Origin: Octopus bimaculoides
Taxonomy: Eukaryota
Direction of reading: 5' to 3'
Length of the DNA stretch: 58,330 nucleotides
Assembly: GCF_001194135.2 (NCBI RefSeq)
Contig: NC_068981.1
Span: 132,994,182 to 133,052,511 of the forward strand
A program made the position numbers and the translations under genes. A model generated the notes under the pieces. The model was given only the letters and a program-made list of their open reading frames with translations. It was not told the origin of the DNA and made no database searches. This document shows, one piece after another, positions 36,788-48,824 of the stretch (position 1 is its first letter; every line of letters begins with the position of its first letter).

Positions 36788-37667
36788 TGTTATCTTATCA
36801 AACATTGAGCGAGATTAACAAACAGTGACTTCGTTGGCTTCAGACACACAATATTCCTTGGAACTACATCCTGTCACGAACAGGTTTTATGGAATATCGT
36901 CATGCTTTTATGAGGACTTTTCAGAAATCTTATTCCATTATATGTTACAGTGCAAAAATTACCAGTCTGAGTCAGAAAAGGCTTTTCAAAATGGTCTTTA
37001 AAATGCTATTAAGGCCGAAGGTACAATTTATTTCCAAAGATTCACCAACTACAAAGATCTTCCAAATATGGGGGTTTCAGGGAAAAGAATGACTACACCT
37101 TTATCTTCATTTCTTTTCTCTTTCTTTAACTTACTTTTAGCTTTATACTTTTGGTTTTGTTTTTTCTTTTATATAAGGGTGCTGTGTACCATTCTCCGTT
37201 TGTCATGACTTACCAGCGTTACATGGATATTTTGATTAAATTAAATGAATAGATAAATAAAGGAAATGTACCACGTAAGCGCAAAAACAGGTTATTGCAC
37301 TACAAATATGCACATGAGCTATTGAGTAAAAGAAGGCTTGTTGCTGTTTAGACCCAGATCAACTTTGAACAAGCAGGCCGAGGACCAAAAGGTATTCAAC
37401 CGTAGCTATGTCTTTTATATTTTTCATATAGAAGAACAACGTTCAAAGTGTACTTTGTTCAAGATAACGGGTTTTGATTTGAAGGAGACTTGCTTGTTGT
37501 TGTTAGCAGGTCGAATTTAGTGAGAGAATAACAGAGAAATGAAGAAAATGTGCATGAATGCATATATGTATGTATGTATGTATGCATGCATGTATGTATG
37601 TATGTATGTATGTATGTATGTATGTATGTATGTATGGGACTAAATTGTACCTTCGGCCTTAATATGT

Positions 37668-38054
37668 GTGGAGGCGCAATGACCCAGTGGTTAGGGCAGC
37701 GGACTCGCGGTCATAGGATCGCGGTTTCGATTCCCAGACCGGGCGTTGTGAGTGTTTATTGAGCGAAAAACACCTAAAGCTCCACGAGGCTCCGGCAGGG
37801 GATGGTGGCGAATCCTGCTGTACTCTTTCACCACAACTTTCTCTCACTCTTACTTCCTGTTTCTGTTGTGCCTGTAATTCAAAGGGTCAGCCTTGTCACA
37901 CTGTGTCACGCTGAATTTCCCGAGAACTACGTTAAGGGTACACGTGTCTGTGGAGTGCTCAGCCACTTGCACGTTAATTTCACGAGCAGGCTGTTCCGCT
38001 GATTGGATCAACTGGAACCCTCGACGTTGTAAGCGACGGAGTGCCAACAACAAC
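37668..38054 (+). mobile_element. Young SINE with a family D-like head and body but a family C-type tail, ending in (CAA)n
   Basis: GTGGAGGCGCAATGACCCAGTGGTTAGGGCAGCGGACT..GGTTTCGATTCCC; body CCACAACTTTCTCTCACTCTT as in 15147; tail GTCAGCCTTGTCACAC..GATCAACTGGAACCCTCG as in the reverse complement of 34443. Confidence 0.9.
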
Positions 38055-38715
38055 AGCATGTATGTATGTATGTATGTATGTATGTATGTATGTATAAATG
38101 TGCGATCACTTCGACGCCTGACACGTGGCACACTGTGCACCTGTTCAAGCAATGTCGATTTGACGGCGATAGCGAGCTAATGTGAGGCACGAACATTTGA
38201 TCATAATAAACAAATCCTTTATGCAGGTCGTTCGGCAAAAAGCGGAAGTCTCATACGTCGTCTTTGACGGGAGAGTCAATCATATGTATATAAACACACA
38301 CAGACGCGCGCGCGTGTGAATGCGTGTATGTATATGTATACAGATGTATGTGCACAAACTTGAAATAGTATTACATGAGAAAATATTCATTTGAATATAC
38401 GTGTACTTAAATATTAAATATTGTCGTTGTAAGGACAGTCGCCATAGAATCGGCAATGATTAAACATGTACCAACAACGAAGCAAATTAAGTAGTGCTCG
38501 TCTTCTGTTATAGCTATAACTCAGTACAAAATAACTCTACACTTGAATTCTATTCATTATTCTTAATGAAGAGGACACACACCATGTACGTGTTATAGTA
38601 GCCTGAAGTTAAACCGAGTTAATTGACTATAAAACTCGCCTGACACGGTATCAAATACACACGCACTCACAAACGCATACACACACGCGTACACACACAC
38701 CCGTACATACATACA

Positions 38716-38757
<42 letters not shown>

Positions 38758-41700
38758 NNNNNNNNNNCACACACACACACACACACACACGCACACACAC
38801 ACACACACACGCACGCACGCAACGTGCGCGCGCTAGTAGCAAGAAAAAAGAAGCTAAACTGTGCTGCTGTTTTAAGCTAAACAGTGTTTCAATGTATGAT
38901 TACTTTTTAATTCTTTCCATTCATGAATTGTAATTATTTTATTCCCTTAAGATACGTTTAGATAATAGAAAAGATTAGTCTGGTTGTAATGGATGATATA
39001 TAATAAGCTGCACACAACTATTATATTGTTTGCAATGGTTGGCGTTCAATTTAGATCACTTGCGAGGAATTAAAAATCCCGAGAAAATTGCAAATAAGTC
39101 AATACATTCTGTTCGCAACGTGATTGATTTCTTGTAATAAATATTAGAAACTATAGAAAAATGTCCAAAATATCTGTATATTTTTTGCGTTAAACAACCA
39201 TTTTACAATTGGGATATGGAAGCACTTGAATGAATCACTTCATTATTCCACGCTGGAACTATCTTTGATACTCAAACTAAAATGAATCTCTGATTCATAT
39301 TAATCTAATGCTTAAAGCGATTCCCAACGGCCCAGCTATAGCGTTTGAAAAGAACATCATTCTTCATTATGATTGCATTTTCGAAAGCAGATAAAAAAAC
39401 TTGTATGTGTAATAATCACGATCGTTTTATCCATCCATACAATAGCCAATAATATTAAATGACAAATATTAAGTAATTGTAAAAAAAAATGCTAAAAAAA
39501 ATTACCACATCCCCATAAAAACCTACACAAAAGGTGAAAGATAATTAATATTCGATTGTTTAACAAATAAATAGTTAAATAAGATCTATTAGAGCAATTT
39601 TTTTTCACAATAGAAACTATTCATCCATTCTATTACACAATATATTTCGATATTGAAAGTATTATATTAGAAATTCTCTACAGCATATAAAGCAGAATAA
39701 TATATTATTTCCTGCATTGATGTATTAGAAAAGAGTCGAAAATAAAATAGTTATTGATTTAAAGTGGTAGGAAGTTGAGGAAGAGATGAAGTTCATTGAT
39801 TAATTGACATATGATATGTTAACATACATCAATTATAATTTCAGTCAAATGTTGATAACGTCTTCCGGATAGCAGATGTATTGCCTCTGGAATAATTATT
39901 TCTACGCCTGTCGCTAAATGAGGAAAAACATAAGCTATTTTTGGCGAACCAGACAACAATTAGGAGAAATTAAAAGTTAAACTTTTCGAAAACTTTAACG
40001 TATATTGACGGCACTTCTAACTGATAACATCTGCAGCGTACAATTTAATTCATTCTACTCCATCATTGCAAAATTTAAATTTTCAATATTGCTTTGCAGG
40101 CATTTTCCTTTCAAACATTCAGCATCTTCATTGAGTTTAAGTGGAAAGTTATGAAGTCATAACCAAGGTTATGTAATTTCAGTTGTCTGTATTAGTATTT
40201 TTAGTTAATAGTATTTCCAGTTAACTGCTGTTCTTCGGTATTCTCTTTGATATATGTAACAATATAACAGAAAATTAATCGCTGTTATAATTCATTACTT
40301 CCACAATGAAATCTACATACTGTCAATACAACAGGAGAGAGCTGTTATAATTGTAATTATTATATTAATTTTACTGGTTTCAGTAATAGGACTGCAGTCA
40401 GACTTGGGCATCGCTCTTAAGACTATTGCCGTTTATGCTGAAATCAGTAAATTAGAGCAGCATATTTGGTGGCTTATATCATAATTGTAAGATGCACTTC
40501 AATTTTGGTAGGCTTTAAAAAAAAAATCAACAACAACAACAAAAACCAACTCGCTTACGTCACATATTTGCAGCTCTGCTAACAATCAAATTATTTTAAA
40601 TTTCATATGTTCTGATTCTATTGAACTTCTAATATTTTCAATCAAAAGCCTTTATTTACCCTTTCGTTACAAGAATTTGATACCAGCTGAAGATTCACTA
40701 TGCACTTACATAATGTTTTTTTGCTCGCCTCTACTCTTTATGAAATGTATTTTAATCCAATCATTTATCGTATATCTGTCATATATTTATCGTTAAAGTC
40801 ATTAATTAGTGTAGTCTTTACTACATGACCTGGCAAATTATTTCATTCATTTATAACTTTTGAAAAATAAAATATTTCCTAATGTCTGGAGAATACTGTT
40901 TCTTATAAAGTGTATAATGGTGACATCTCAAATATCCATCTTCTCTGTAAAAGTGTACGAACATTTATATTATCAAGTCCTTTCACAATTTTAAATACTT
41001 TTATCATATCTTCTCTTCGTCTTTTCTCCTTTAAACTTGTGACTCTCGGTTTTACATTTTTCTCTATCACATCGATTTCTTAATTATGATAGCTATTTTC
41101 GATGCTCTCCTCTGGATCCATTCAAGAACTTCTATACCCTTTCCAAGCTAAGGTAACCAATCCTGTACCGCGTGCTCAGGCGTTGTCAAAGGGTACCCAT
41201 TGTATAGAATCTTAAACGCTTCCTCAATGAAGTAGGCAAAAGAACGTTTTATTATTTTTAACGTTTAATTTCTTTATTGTTATTTTTTGCTTTATAATTT
41301 CTTCAACATATTCAGCCCATTTCAAAATTCGAACTACTACATATTTTCACATCCTTTACTGGTCTGTTGTTGTCAAAGGTTTTCCATTCATAGAATACTG
41401 CAATATTAAGCTACCATTTTCACACTCCATAACCTTACATTTTTCAGTACAACAAAAGCATCCATTCATTTGACAACTTCTCCAGTCTATTTGAATTTCC
41501 CTATAGAATGATGCTTCTATGCAGAATTTGTACATATTTATATATATTTTTGTATCATCAACAACTATCTTACATTTGCAGTGTAACGAAAATGTATATC
41601 ACTTATATACATCATACAAAAATTATGGACCCCAAATACCGATCCCTGATGTTCCACAACTTACATTTTTTTCCCCATTCGATCTTATTCCATTAACTGA

Positions 41701-41974
41701 TACCGCACTGTTTTCTATTAGGTAAGAAAGCTTCAATCTATGCCAGGATATTTCTTTGAAAGTTATTTCTGAATAATTTATGTAGTAATGTAACTCATGG
41801 CATGTTATCAAAAGTTTTGCTAAAATCTAAATAAATTGTATCGAAATTATGATTGTCATTGTGCATCTCTGTTCAATCATCCTATTTATCTGATGAATTT
41901 TGTTAGATCTGGCTTACCAGGTATAAATTACCTGATATATCGCATTGATGATGCATTATACTTTATCTATTTTT

Positions 41975-42186
41975 TTATCTTTTACTTGTTGCAATCATTA
42001 GACTGCGGCCATGCTGGGGTATGACCTTGAAGGATTTCTAATCGAATGAATCGACCCCGGTGCTTATTCTACCGGTTCTCTTGCGGAACCGCTAAGTTAC
42101 GGAGACGTAAACACACCAACACCGGTTGTCAAGTTGTATTAGGGAACAAACATAGGCACACGCAGCACGCGCGCACACATACACAC

Positions 42187-42234
<48 letters not shown>

Positions 42235-42432
42235 CTCTATATATATATACATACATATACATATATATAATGAGCTTTTTTTCAGTTTCCGTCTATCAAA
42301 TCGACTCATAAGGCTTTGGTCGGCTCGAGGCTAGAGAAGAAGACGCTTGCCCAAGGTGTCATGCAGTGAGACTGAACCCGGAACCATGTGGTTAGGAAGC
42401 AAACTTCTTACCACACAGTCGCGCCTGAGCCT
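41975..42432 (-). mobile_element. SINE family B inserted in the LINE fossil
   Basis: Colinear with 15915-16320; internal (TCTA)n tract. Confidence 0.9.
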
Positions 42433-42704
42433 AATGTAATTATTTTTGATAATAAAACCTAAATCTTTCTTTTGGCCTATAATTGCTTGTTGATTTTGCT
42501 CCCAATTGGGTTTTTTTCTCTCTAATTCAAGATATTTCTCTTAGTGACTTTTTAAACAAAATTGTAAATGGTGGCGCTATAACATCTAACCCTTTTTTCA
42601 ATAGATTTTGTCAGGACCTACAGACTTATAAAAATTTAAAGTCTTTAAGATTTTCTGAATGAATGTCTTCCGTTTGTATACCACCTTTTATCTTTAATTT
42701 TTCC

Positions 42705-43062
42705 TTTTTCACTTGTTTCAATCATTGGGCTACGACCATACTGGGGCCTCGCCTTGAAGACTATAGTCGAACAAATCGACCCCAACACCCATTTTAAGCT
42801 TGATACTTATTTATATTGATATTTTTACCTTGAGTTATAGGAACGTAAACAAACACAGGTCATAAAGCGGTAGGGAAAACGTAAAGACAAGCACACACAT
42901 GTATAAGACGGTCTTCCACACCGTTTCCGTTAACGAATTTCAGTCGCAAAGTATTAGTCAGTCTGAAGCTATACAAGATGGTACTTGCCTAAGGTGCCGC
43001 GCAGTGGAAGTGACTGAAACTACCTGGTCTCAAAGCGATTTTCTTAATCATACAGCCATTTA
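42705..43062 (-). mobile_element. Older SINE family B inserted in the LINE fossil
   Basis: TTTTCACTTGTTTCAATCATT tail complement; ACTTGCCTAAGGTGCC CORE-like complement. Confidence 0.75.
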
Positions 43063-43084
43063 GCATTACCAATAGGATACATGG

Positions 43085-43391
43085 TTGTTATTTGTTCCTT
43101 TTCAAGCTATGCCTAGCTCATAAGGACCGGTTTCTCAGTTTCATTGGTGTATAGATTCCCCACCTGGACGGGACGCCGGTCTGTCGCAGAAGAGCTGCTA
43201 CATGCAGGAGGAAAGGGTGAGAGAAAGTTGTGGCGAAAGAGTCAGCAGAAGTTCGTCATTACTTTCTGCCGGAGCCGCGTGGAGCTTAGGTGTTTCGCTC
43301 ATAAATACGCACATCACCCGGTCTGAGATTCGAACCCACAATCCCCCAACCACGAGTCCACTGCTCTAACCACTAGGCCATGTGCCTCCAC
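43085..43391 (-). mobile_element. SINE family D inserted in the LINE fossil
   Basis: Reverse-complement homologue of 15147-15456. Confidence 0.9.
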
Positions 43392-45361
43392 AGAATACAT
43401 GGTGGTCGATATCAACTTCAAGACTCTTCATTCTCATTGTTAAACAGTAACTTTACTGATCCGTTCAAGGATAACACTTGAATGTCATCTTCCTTATTTA
43501 ATATTGACTGACACAAAGAAATTGTTTACTTCCACAGACGTTAGAAAATCTCCATTAACTTTTTCCAAATTGTAATAGAGACATTTTATAGTTTTCTTTC
43601 TTTTTACATTTATGTAATGCTCTCGGATTCGCTTTGAGTTTTTGGACCAAATTATCTCCATAAGTTCTTTTCTCAGAACAAATTACTACTGCAAAAGTAA
43701 CATTCACTACAAATGCTGTGTACACCGAGTGTACATTTTTCTCTCTTTTTTTTTTACATCTTACCCGTATTTAATTTTCACTGCTTTAGCCTTTAAGGAT
43801 TTCCTATATATCCAAGTAACATTTTATCTTAAGTCTTAAGTTTAGCTTACGTCACATAACATCTTACAATTTCGTTATATTTTTGCATGAAAATTTTCTA
43901 CTCATCACAGACATCCTGGTCAACAGCAATTCTCCCGAATTTAGCCGTAAGCATTCTCTATTTCTTCATATTCTTCTTACTGGTAGTTGCATTGCTTCTA
44001 TAATACTTGCATCACTGTTTATACTCTACACACTATTGAAAAGTTATTATAGTATGATCACTGTGGTCCAGTGGTTCAAGTTATTCATCCAATCTCACTT
44101 TCTACATCATATAAATACATACATGCATATATACACATACATACATGCATACATACATACATACATACATACATACATAAATACATACATGCATGCATGC
44201 ATGCATGCGTGCATGCATACATACATACATACATACATACATGCATGCATACATACATACATACGTGCATACATACACACATCATATATAAATATATGTG
44301 GTTGTGTTTGCTTGTGTGTGTATGTTTGTGTGTGTGTGCATGAAAAGGGGGTTTATATATTTGCAAGTGAGAATAAAGGGATTTGAAAACACACCTAAGT
44401 CTTAAATCTAATTGTTGTTTTAAGAGTTTTTACAAATTTAGTAAAATACNNNNNNNNNNNNNNNNNNNNNNNNNNNNNNNNNNNNNNNNNNNNNNNNNNN
44501 NNNNNNNNNNNNNNNNNNNNNNNNNNNNNNNNNNNNNNNNNNNNNNNNNNNNNNNNNNNNNNNNNNNNNNNNNNNNNNNNNNNNNNNNNNNNNNNNNNNN
44601 NNNNNNNNNNNNNNNNNNNNNNNNNNNNNNNNNNNNNNNNNNNNNNNNNNNNNNNNTATATCCTCAGCATCACGTCTAGCGTATTTGATCTATTTCTTGC
44701 TCGCGTTCTTGTAATTTCAAAAATACACAAGATAATTTTATCCGAGATTTTGTAAATATCTATTTGGTGTATTATCTGGTTTTCCCATAACTTTATTTTT
44801 GCACCAATTTATTTCTGGATAATTAAAATCTCAAACTAATAAAAAGTTGTCAATATTTTATATTGATGTTTTAGACAGAAGCACTAGTAGTCAATCTAAA
44901 TTTATCGAATATATCGAAGATTTCTTCGATATAAGCTATCGAACAAAATTTTATTTTTTCCTCTGGTTATTTTAACTCATAGTGCTTCTTCAAAGAGATC
45001 TACATTGAAAATGTCTGCCACTTCAAAAGTAAATTTGTCTTTAATGTAAACTATTAAGCCTCCTCTTTTAGTATTGCTGTCCTTCCTTATTAACTTGTAA
45101 TTACTCAGCTTTATTACACTGTCAACAATATTGTCATCCAACCACCTTTCATTGACTGCTGACTGCTATTATTACCTGGTTTTAAAACTGAAACGCTATT
45201 TTCAAATTCCACAAAACTTTCCGTAAGAGATATACTTTGTGAACTTCTTTACAGTTACTTTACTTGTTTTCATTCTGATAGTCAATACCATTCAGAGGCG
45301 GCATGTTGGCAGAGTCGTTACAGCTTCAGATAAGATACTCTGCAGAATTTTTCTGACTTTT

Positions 45362-45890
45362 CCACTAATACCGACGTATTATCCAGTGGAGATGTTTTTC
45401 TGACTAATGCCGACATATTATCTAGTGTAGATGTTGGCCTACTCTGTCATGTCTTGATTTATACTCCACAGATGCTTACACACCCAGAGATTAGGTGGTT
45501 CACACTTTCAATCCCATCGTTGCAGTATCGGGACTTTGGATCTACTTCATTTTTCATCAGATTGGCTTGATATTTCCAGGTCAGTAAGCTCTGATCCTGA
45601 GCAACCAAGCTGAAGCTGTCGCTCTCTGCCTTTAGCCCTGAGCACCGTACCCACCGATGGTTGTACTTCTGGTCTATATCAGTTTGTTTGCTACGGGCCA
45701 CATATTTACCATGCAGAGGGTTTTGTTCCCACCTATCAGCCAATTGTTCAAACGCATTTTGATTTGGTATTCATTCACCTTCTTTGCAACAATAGTTGCA
45801 AAGAATTTTTTGCTCTCCTTCATAACAGAATGAAGCTATTTATATCTCCCGTTGGTTTTCAATGAGTTTTAGTATCCACTTTTTAGACAC
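45362..45890 (-). mobile_element. Second R4/Dong-like non-LTR fragment (different family from 29755), zinc-knuckle region
   Basis: ORF 45459-45743: WEQNPLHGKY..SGLKAESDSFSLVAQDQSLLT.KYQANLMKN..SRYCNDGIESVNHLISGC, continuing in another frame as EYKSRHDRVGQHLH*IICRH. The 5' side abuts a (TAA)n tract on its sense strand. Confidence 0.9.
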
Positions 45891-46498
45891 CGTTATTATT
45901 ATTATCATCATTATTATTATTATGGAGTTAAGGAAAAACTTAGAATCCTTGTTCTGCCAGTGGTACCGGTGTTGTATAAACTAATTCTACAAGTATCAAA
46001 TGACGAAACTGCTGCCTATGCATTCACCCATTCTAGCAGCATTGTTCTGTTATTTCCTGTCGGATGGATCTAAATGTGAGCTGAGTCAATTCCATTTCAT
46101 CGCAAAGGAAGGGCAGCCATTTACTTCCTATAGCGATGGCGAAATAGACAGTGCGATCGATACGATTGAGAGTTTCATGACGGCGATTTTCATTTCCGGC
46201 TAAACGTTCAACTTTTTCAAATGACACGTGATGAGGAGGGTAGTGGCGAAGTAGGAAGTGCTTCTCTCTAATAGGTTTCCTAAGAAACCTGTGAGAACAG
46301 CACGTTTGATTTTGTTAGATGGTTCTACTCTAACATAGCTAACTACTGGATAAAGATATTATCTGCTGCTCAGACGTTTCAGACAAACGTTAGTCATCCA
46401 AGAAGAAGGAGAAGAAAAAGAAGGAAGAGGGGGACCGAGAACATAAATAGAAGGGAAAAGAAGGAAAAGAGAAAGAAGAAAGTATTATCATCATTATT

Positions 46499-47064
46499 GA
46501 GAGAAAGCAGCGCGTACCATCAAAGTGACACTGGGGTACAAATATACGAAACCCAATATACCCATCATGACTACCTGTCTGATAAGGGTACACCAGGAAC
46601 ATAGGGCACAACCATATGTGTGTGACATGGGGATATCATAACAAGATAAACAGAGCATAACCTTGCATATAGACCCTAGAACTTTCTTCAGGTTGAGTAG
46701 CCCATTCAGGTTGAGTAGCCCATCCAGGTCAAAAGGTCCCTGAATAAGGGTTGTTTAAATGTATTGAACGAAAGGCTCACGTTTCCAGATGTGAATTATT
46801 CAAACCCCAAAGAATCCTTCTCAACACATGGTTATGATGCTCCATCACTACTTCTGCTCGTGATCAGAGATGCACATATCGTCAGCCACTAAGGGATATG
46901 CTCAACTGGTTAAGGGCAGGCAACTGACAAGCAAATCTGTTGTATAGAGCAGAATATTTGCTGTAGCCCATCTTTTATATCAAAGCAATACATGTACATG
47001 ATACCACTTCCAGCCAGTCTAGATCAGAAGCCATGATAACCAGTGTCCGGTATTGCATGAGGGC
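46499..47064 (-). mobile_element. Family E element, copy 2
   Basis: Homologous to 6827-7353; ATT repeats on both sides; small internal duplication CAGGTTGAGTAGCCCAT x2. Confidence 0.87.
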
Positions 47065-47080
47065 TATTATTATTATTATT

Positions 47081-47600
47081 GAGTGAGAGAGCAGTGCATA
47101 CCATCAAAGTGATACTGGGGTAAAATATACGAAGCCCAGTATACTCATCTGATAAGGGTACACCAGGCACATGCATCACATTACATGGTGATCTCATATC
47201 AAGGTAAACAGCGCATGACCTTGCAGGTGGGACCCAGTTAGAATTTTCCTCAGGTCGAGTAGCCCATCCTGCTCAAAAGGTTCTTGAATAAGGATTGTTT
47301 CAGGATGTTGAACGAAACACCCTTGTTTCCAGAGATGAATTATCCAAATTATTCTCTCAATACATAGCTATGATGCTCCCCTCCACTATTTCTGCTCATG
47401 ATCAGAGATGCACATATCGTCAGCCACCGAGGGACATGCTCAACTGCTTAAAGTCAAACAATTGACAAGCAAATCTGTGGTATTGAGCAGAATATTTGCT
47501 GTAGCCCATCTTGTATATCAAAACAAAACAATGTACATGATAATACTTCCAATCAGTTAAGATCAGCCATGAGAGCCACTGCTTGGTATTGCATCAGGGC
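47081..47600 (-). mobile_element. Family E element, copy 3
   Basis: Homologous to copies 1 and 2; separated from copy 2 by a ~16-bp (ATT)n tract and followed by a long (ATT)n. Confidence 0.87.
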
Positions 47601-47672
<72 letters not shown>

Positions 47673-47686
47673 CATTACTGTTATTA

Positions 47687-47900
47687 AGGCGACGAGGTGG
47701 CAGAATCGTTAGCACGCCGGCGGAATGCTTTGCGGTGTTTCGTCTGTCGCTACGTTCTAAGTTCAGATTCCTCCGAGGTAAACTTTGCCTTTCATCCTTT
47801 CGGGGTCGAAAAGCTAAGTACGAGTCAAGTACTGGGGTCGATGTGATCGATTGTCTCCCTCCCAACAAAAATCGGGGCCTTGTGCCTATGGTAGAAAGGA
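47687..47900 (+). mobile_element. SINE family A, full length, with (ATT)n tail
   Basis: GGCGACGAGGTGGCAGAATCGTTAGCACGCCGG head; GGCCTTGTGCCTATGGTAGAAAGG tail. Confidence 0.9.
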
Positions 47901-48182
47901 TTATTATTATTATTATTATTATTATTAGTAGTAGTAGTAGTAGTTGTAGTAGTAGTAAGTGGTGTAGTTAATAGTGGTAGCTATAGCAAGTGACGCAGTA
48001 ATTTTAACGTGACGAAGGCGACAGAGGCAACAACGATGACCACATAGATGAAGACAAGTATTGACGATGATGATGACGATGATGGTGGTGGTGGTGTTGG
48101 TGGTGTTGCTGGTAATGATGATAGGAATGCTTTTAACATTTCACTATTGATAGTATTGTGTGGTGTTGCATGATACACAGTG

Positions 48183-48253
<71 letters not shown>

Positions 48254-48793
48254 TGTGTTGTGTGTGTGTGTGTATGATGAACCACTTAAAGTAAAAGCTA
48301 AAAGTACCAGTAGATATCTGTAATAGAATATCATTATTTTCTGGCAATAATTTCAGTTTCAAAACTACATCATGTAAATATATGATAAAAAATATTCTAA
48401 TCTTGGTAGCTCAAGAGAATTTCGTTTTAGAAACCCCCAGAATTCTATATTCTGGTTTTTAAATCTTCCAAAACACTTTCTGGGTATTATTTATTGCCCA
48501 GCAATAAATGGCCGCTCAAATAGTCAAGCACACACACATACCAATACATATATATATATATAGTCACGATATTGTAATTATTACACAAACATGTATATAT
48601 ATGTATACGTGTATGTATGTATGTATGTATGTATGTATGTATGTATATATATATATTGCATGTGTGTGTGTGTGTACCCATGAGTGATGTCATATACATT
48701 TGCATATACTTCTACAAATATATATAAATATGCATGTTGTATAGTTGTATACATGTATGCATATATAGATATATATATATATATACATACACA

Positions 48794-48824
<31 letters not shown>

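Larger units (their letters stand above)
40770..45275 (-). mobile_element. Near full-length CR1/L2-type LINE ORF2 fossil (APE endonuclease, RT, C-terminus), fragmented by later insertions
   Basis: Minus-strand translation, in the expected order: AVNERWLDDNIVDSVIKLSNYKLIRKDSNTKRGGLIVYIKD and LV*DFNYPEINW (~44780-45175); LEPLDHSDHTIITF (~44050-44090); NLVQKLKANPRA and NNFFVSV (~43520-43680); KSVGPDKI and SNYRP (~42470-42640); DTIYLDFSKTFDNMP..LLHKL..IEAFLPNRKQ, then QGSV.G and VDDTKIY (~41540-41860); IQRRAS, KVFKIVKGLDNINV and RKYF (~40870-41130). Confidence 0.92.

Noticed and set aside
41582-41725. Apparent plus-strand exon (TTTGCAG...TAG|GTAAG) and ORFs 41508 and 41519
   Set aside because: It is the antisense of the LINE RT domain.
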